From positions 5,520,001 through 5,552,000 of the forward strand of contig NZ_CP042911.1 of NCBI RefSeq assembly GCF_008065095.1: a DNA stretch of 32,000 nt, given 5' to 3'. The notes under the pieces are model-generated. The model was not told the DNA's origin. It did not search any database and worked only from the letters and a program-made list of their open reading frames with translations. The position numbers and the translations under genes are program-made. The stretch comes from Gemmata obscuriglobus. Its GTDB lineage: Bacteria > Planctomycetota > Planctomycetia > Gemmatales > Gemmataceae. Below, piece by piece: positions 30,892 through 32,000 of the stretch; position 1 is the stretch's first letter; each line of letters begins with the position of its first letter.

Positions 30892-32000
30892 TTACTGGTC
30901 TTTGAGTTCCATATCGAGACTGCTGGCGATACCGCGAACGATCGGCGCGGTGGGCTTACGCGGCTGCTGATACCCCCACATCGTCTGAAGCAGTTCGTAC
31001 CCCATCAGTGCGCCGACGAGGGTGAACAGGAGCGCCGGGGCCAGGAACAGCACCGGCACGATACCCCACTGCGCCGTCGGCGCCCCAGCCCCGGCGGGCA
31101 CGACCTCGTCTTCTTCGTCCTCGTCGTCTCCGCGGCGGCCCTTCGCCCCCTTCAGCGCTTTCGACGCCGACGCGTCGTCCTCGTCGACGGCGATCTCGTC
31201 GGACAGGTCCACATCGGCGTCGTCCGCGACCGGTCGCTTCTTACCTTTCGCGGCAGGAGCAGGCTTCGCTTTGGGGCGGGGCTTCGCCTCGGCCTCTTCC
31301 TCGTCCAGCAGCACGACCTCGCTGCCCGAATCTTCCTCGGCGGCCACGTCGCTGTCGTCCATCGCCAGCTCGAAATCGGACTTCTCCAGGTCCGTGTCCG
31401 ACTCCAGCGCGACCGCCTCTGACCCGGACTCGTCCGGCATAGCCGGGATCTCGAAGTCGGTCTCGAAAATGTCGCCCTTGTCCTCGCCTTGAGTCGCGCC
31501 GTCCAGAGCGGCCTGTTCGAGGGACCCGCCGGAGTCGTCCAGTGTCAGCTCGAACTCGCTGTCCGAGTCCGAATCGAGAACCAGTTTCCCCGACTGCGGG
31601 GCACCCAGTTTCGTGCTCGACGAGACCGCGGAGGAATCGAGGGACAGTTCAAAGTCCAAATCCGATTCGTCGCTTTCGCTGGCTTTTCGGGCCTTCGACT
31701 TCTCGCCCGGCTTGCCCTTTTCGAGCGAGATGCCGCTGTCGGCCGGGCTGCTCAGGTTGATCCCGCTGGGGCTGCTCCGGGCCGGTCCGCCGGCTTTCGG
31801 CATGCTCCCTAGATCCACCTCGTCGCCGGCTTCGGGGGCGATCGGGAGGTCGAAATCGTCACTGTCGGCGTCCAGGCTCAGCTCGAACTCGCTGCTGTCG
31901 TTGGAGTCGTCGGCCTTGCCACCCTTGCTGGCGTCTAGCCGGCTGGACGATCCGCCGCTCTTCGGTGCGGACAGTTTGGCCGAGCTGCCACCCTTGATGA
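30892..32000 (-). CDS. acidic repeat protein with C-terminal TM anchor; 5' end outside the window
   Basis: ORF 30892..31818 stays open upstream to the window edge in my translation (...IKGGSSAKLSAPKSGGSSSRLDASKGGKADDSNDSSEFELSLDADSDDFDLPIAPEAGDE-VDLGSM...). It has five (S/T)(D/E)F(D/E)(L/I) repeats, a Lys/Pro/Ala-rich segment, and the TM segment WGIVPVLFLAPALLFTLVGALMGY. Confidence 0.7.
   Translation of the reverse strand, partial: IKGGSSAKLSAPKSGGSSSRLDASKGGKADDSNDSSEFELSLDADSDDFDLPIAPEAGDEVDLGSMPKAGGPARSSPSGINLSSPADSGISLEKGKPGEKSKARKASESDESDLDFELSLDSSAVSSSTKLGAPQSGKLVLDSDSDSEFELTLDDSGGSLEQAALDGATQGEDKGDIFETDFEIPAMPDESGSEAVALESDTDLEKSDFELAMDDSDVAAEEDSGSEVVLLDEEEAEAKPRPKAKPAPAAKGKKRPVADDADVDLSDEIAVDEDDASASKALKGAKGRRGDDEDEEDEVVPAGAGAPTAQWGIVPVLFLAPALLFTLVGALMGYELLQTMWGYQQPRKPTAPIVRGIASSLDMELKDQ

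Overview
High-G+C window (about two-thirds G+C by eye) with about 27 protein-coding genes, one insertion sequence and no rRNA, tRNA or CRISPR array that I could find. The gene content points to Planctomycetota, most plausibly a Gemmata-like genome. It includes a giant PSCyt1/DUF1549/LamG/DUF1553 ('PSD1') protein next to a Tat-signal DUF1501 protein, two prepilin-leader DUF1559 (H-X9-DG) proteins each followed by a small lipoprotein, and an ISKra4-like IS. Left to right: sugar and oxidoreductase genes (aldose epimerase, Ldh_2, Gfo/Idh/MocA); a TerB-like protein, a DinB protein and a small membrane protein; a GntR-PSD1-DUF1501 block facing a divergent FAD oxidoreductase; and two tandem DUF1559+lipoprotein modules. 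Then come a Bcr/CflA MFS pump, an acyl-CoA desaturase, a glycine-rich RRM RNA-binding protein and an orphan RavA/MoxR-like AAA+ ATPase. An envelope cluster follows (GT-C glycosyltransferase, zinc-ribbon ORF, HtrA, Cys-rich membrane protein, minimal histidine kinase, second GT-C), then arfB, a 1.8-kb IS with a frameshifted transposase, and a partial acidic repeat protein. Nothing here is demonstrably a new system. The best candidates for undescribed biology are: (i) the duplicated DUF1559+lipoprotein two-gene module; (ii) the GntR-PSD1-DUF1501 unit, split by a 189-bp compound palindrome with an A/T-rich core; (iii) several structured non-coding elements, namely a 27-bp inverted-repeat MITE-like unit, a helically phased ACCAG array and two long lower-G+C intergenic regions; (iv) the GT-C-flanked HtrA/Cys-rich-protein/kinase cluster. 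All family calls rest on motifs I recognised by eye and need HMM or BLAST confirmation. Many long ORFs in the track are off-frame or antisense artefacts of the high G+C and were rejected.
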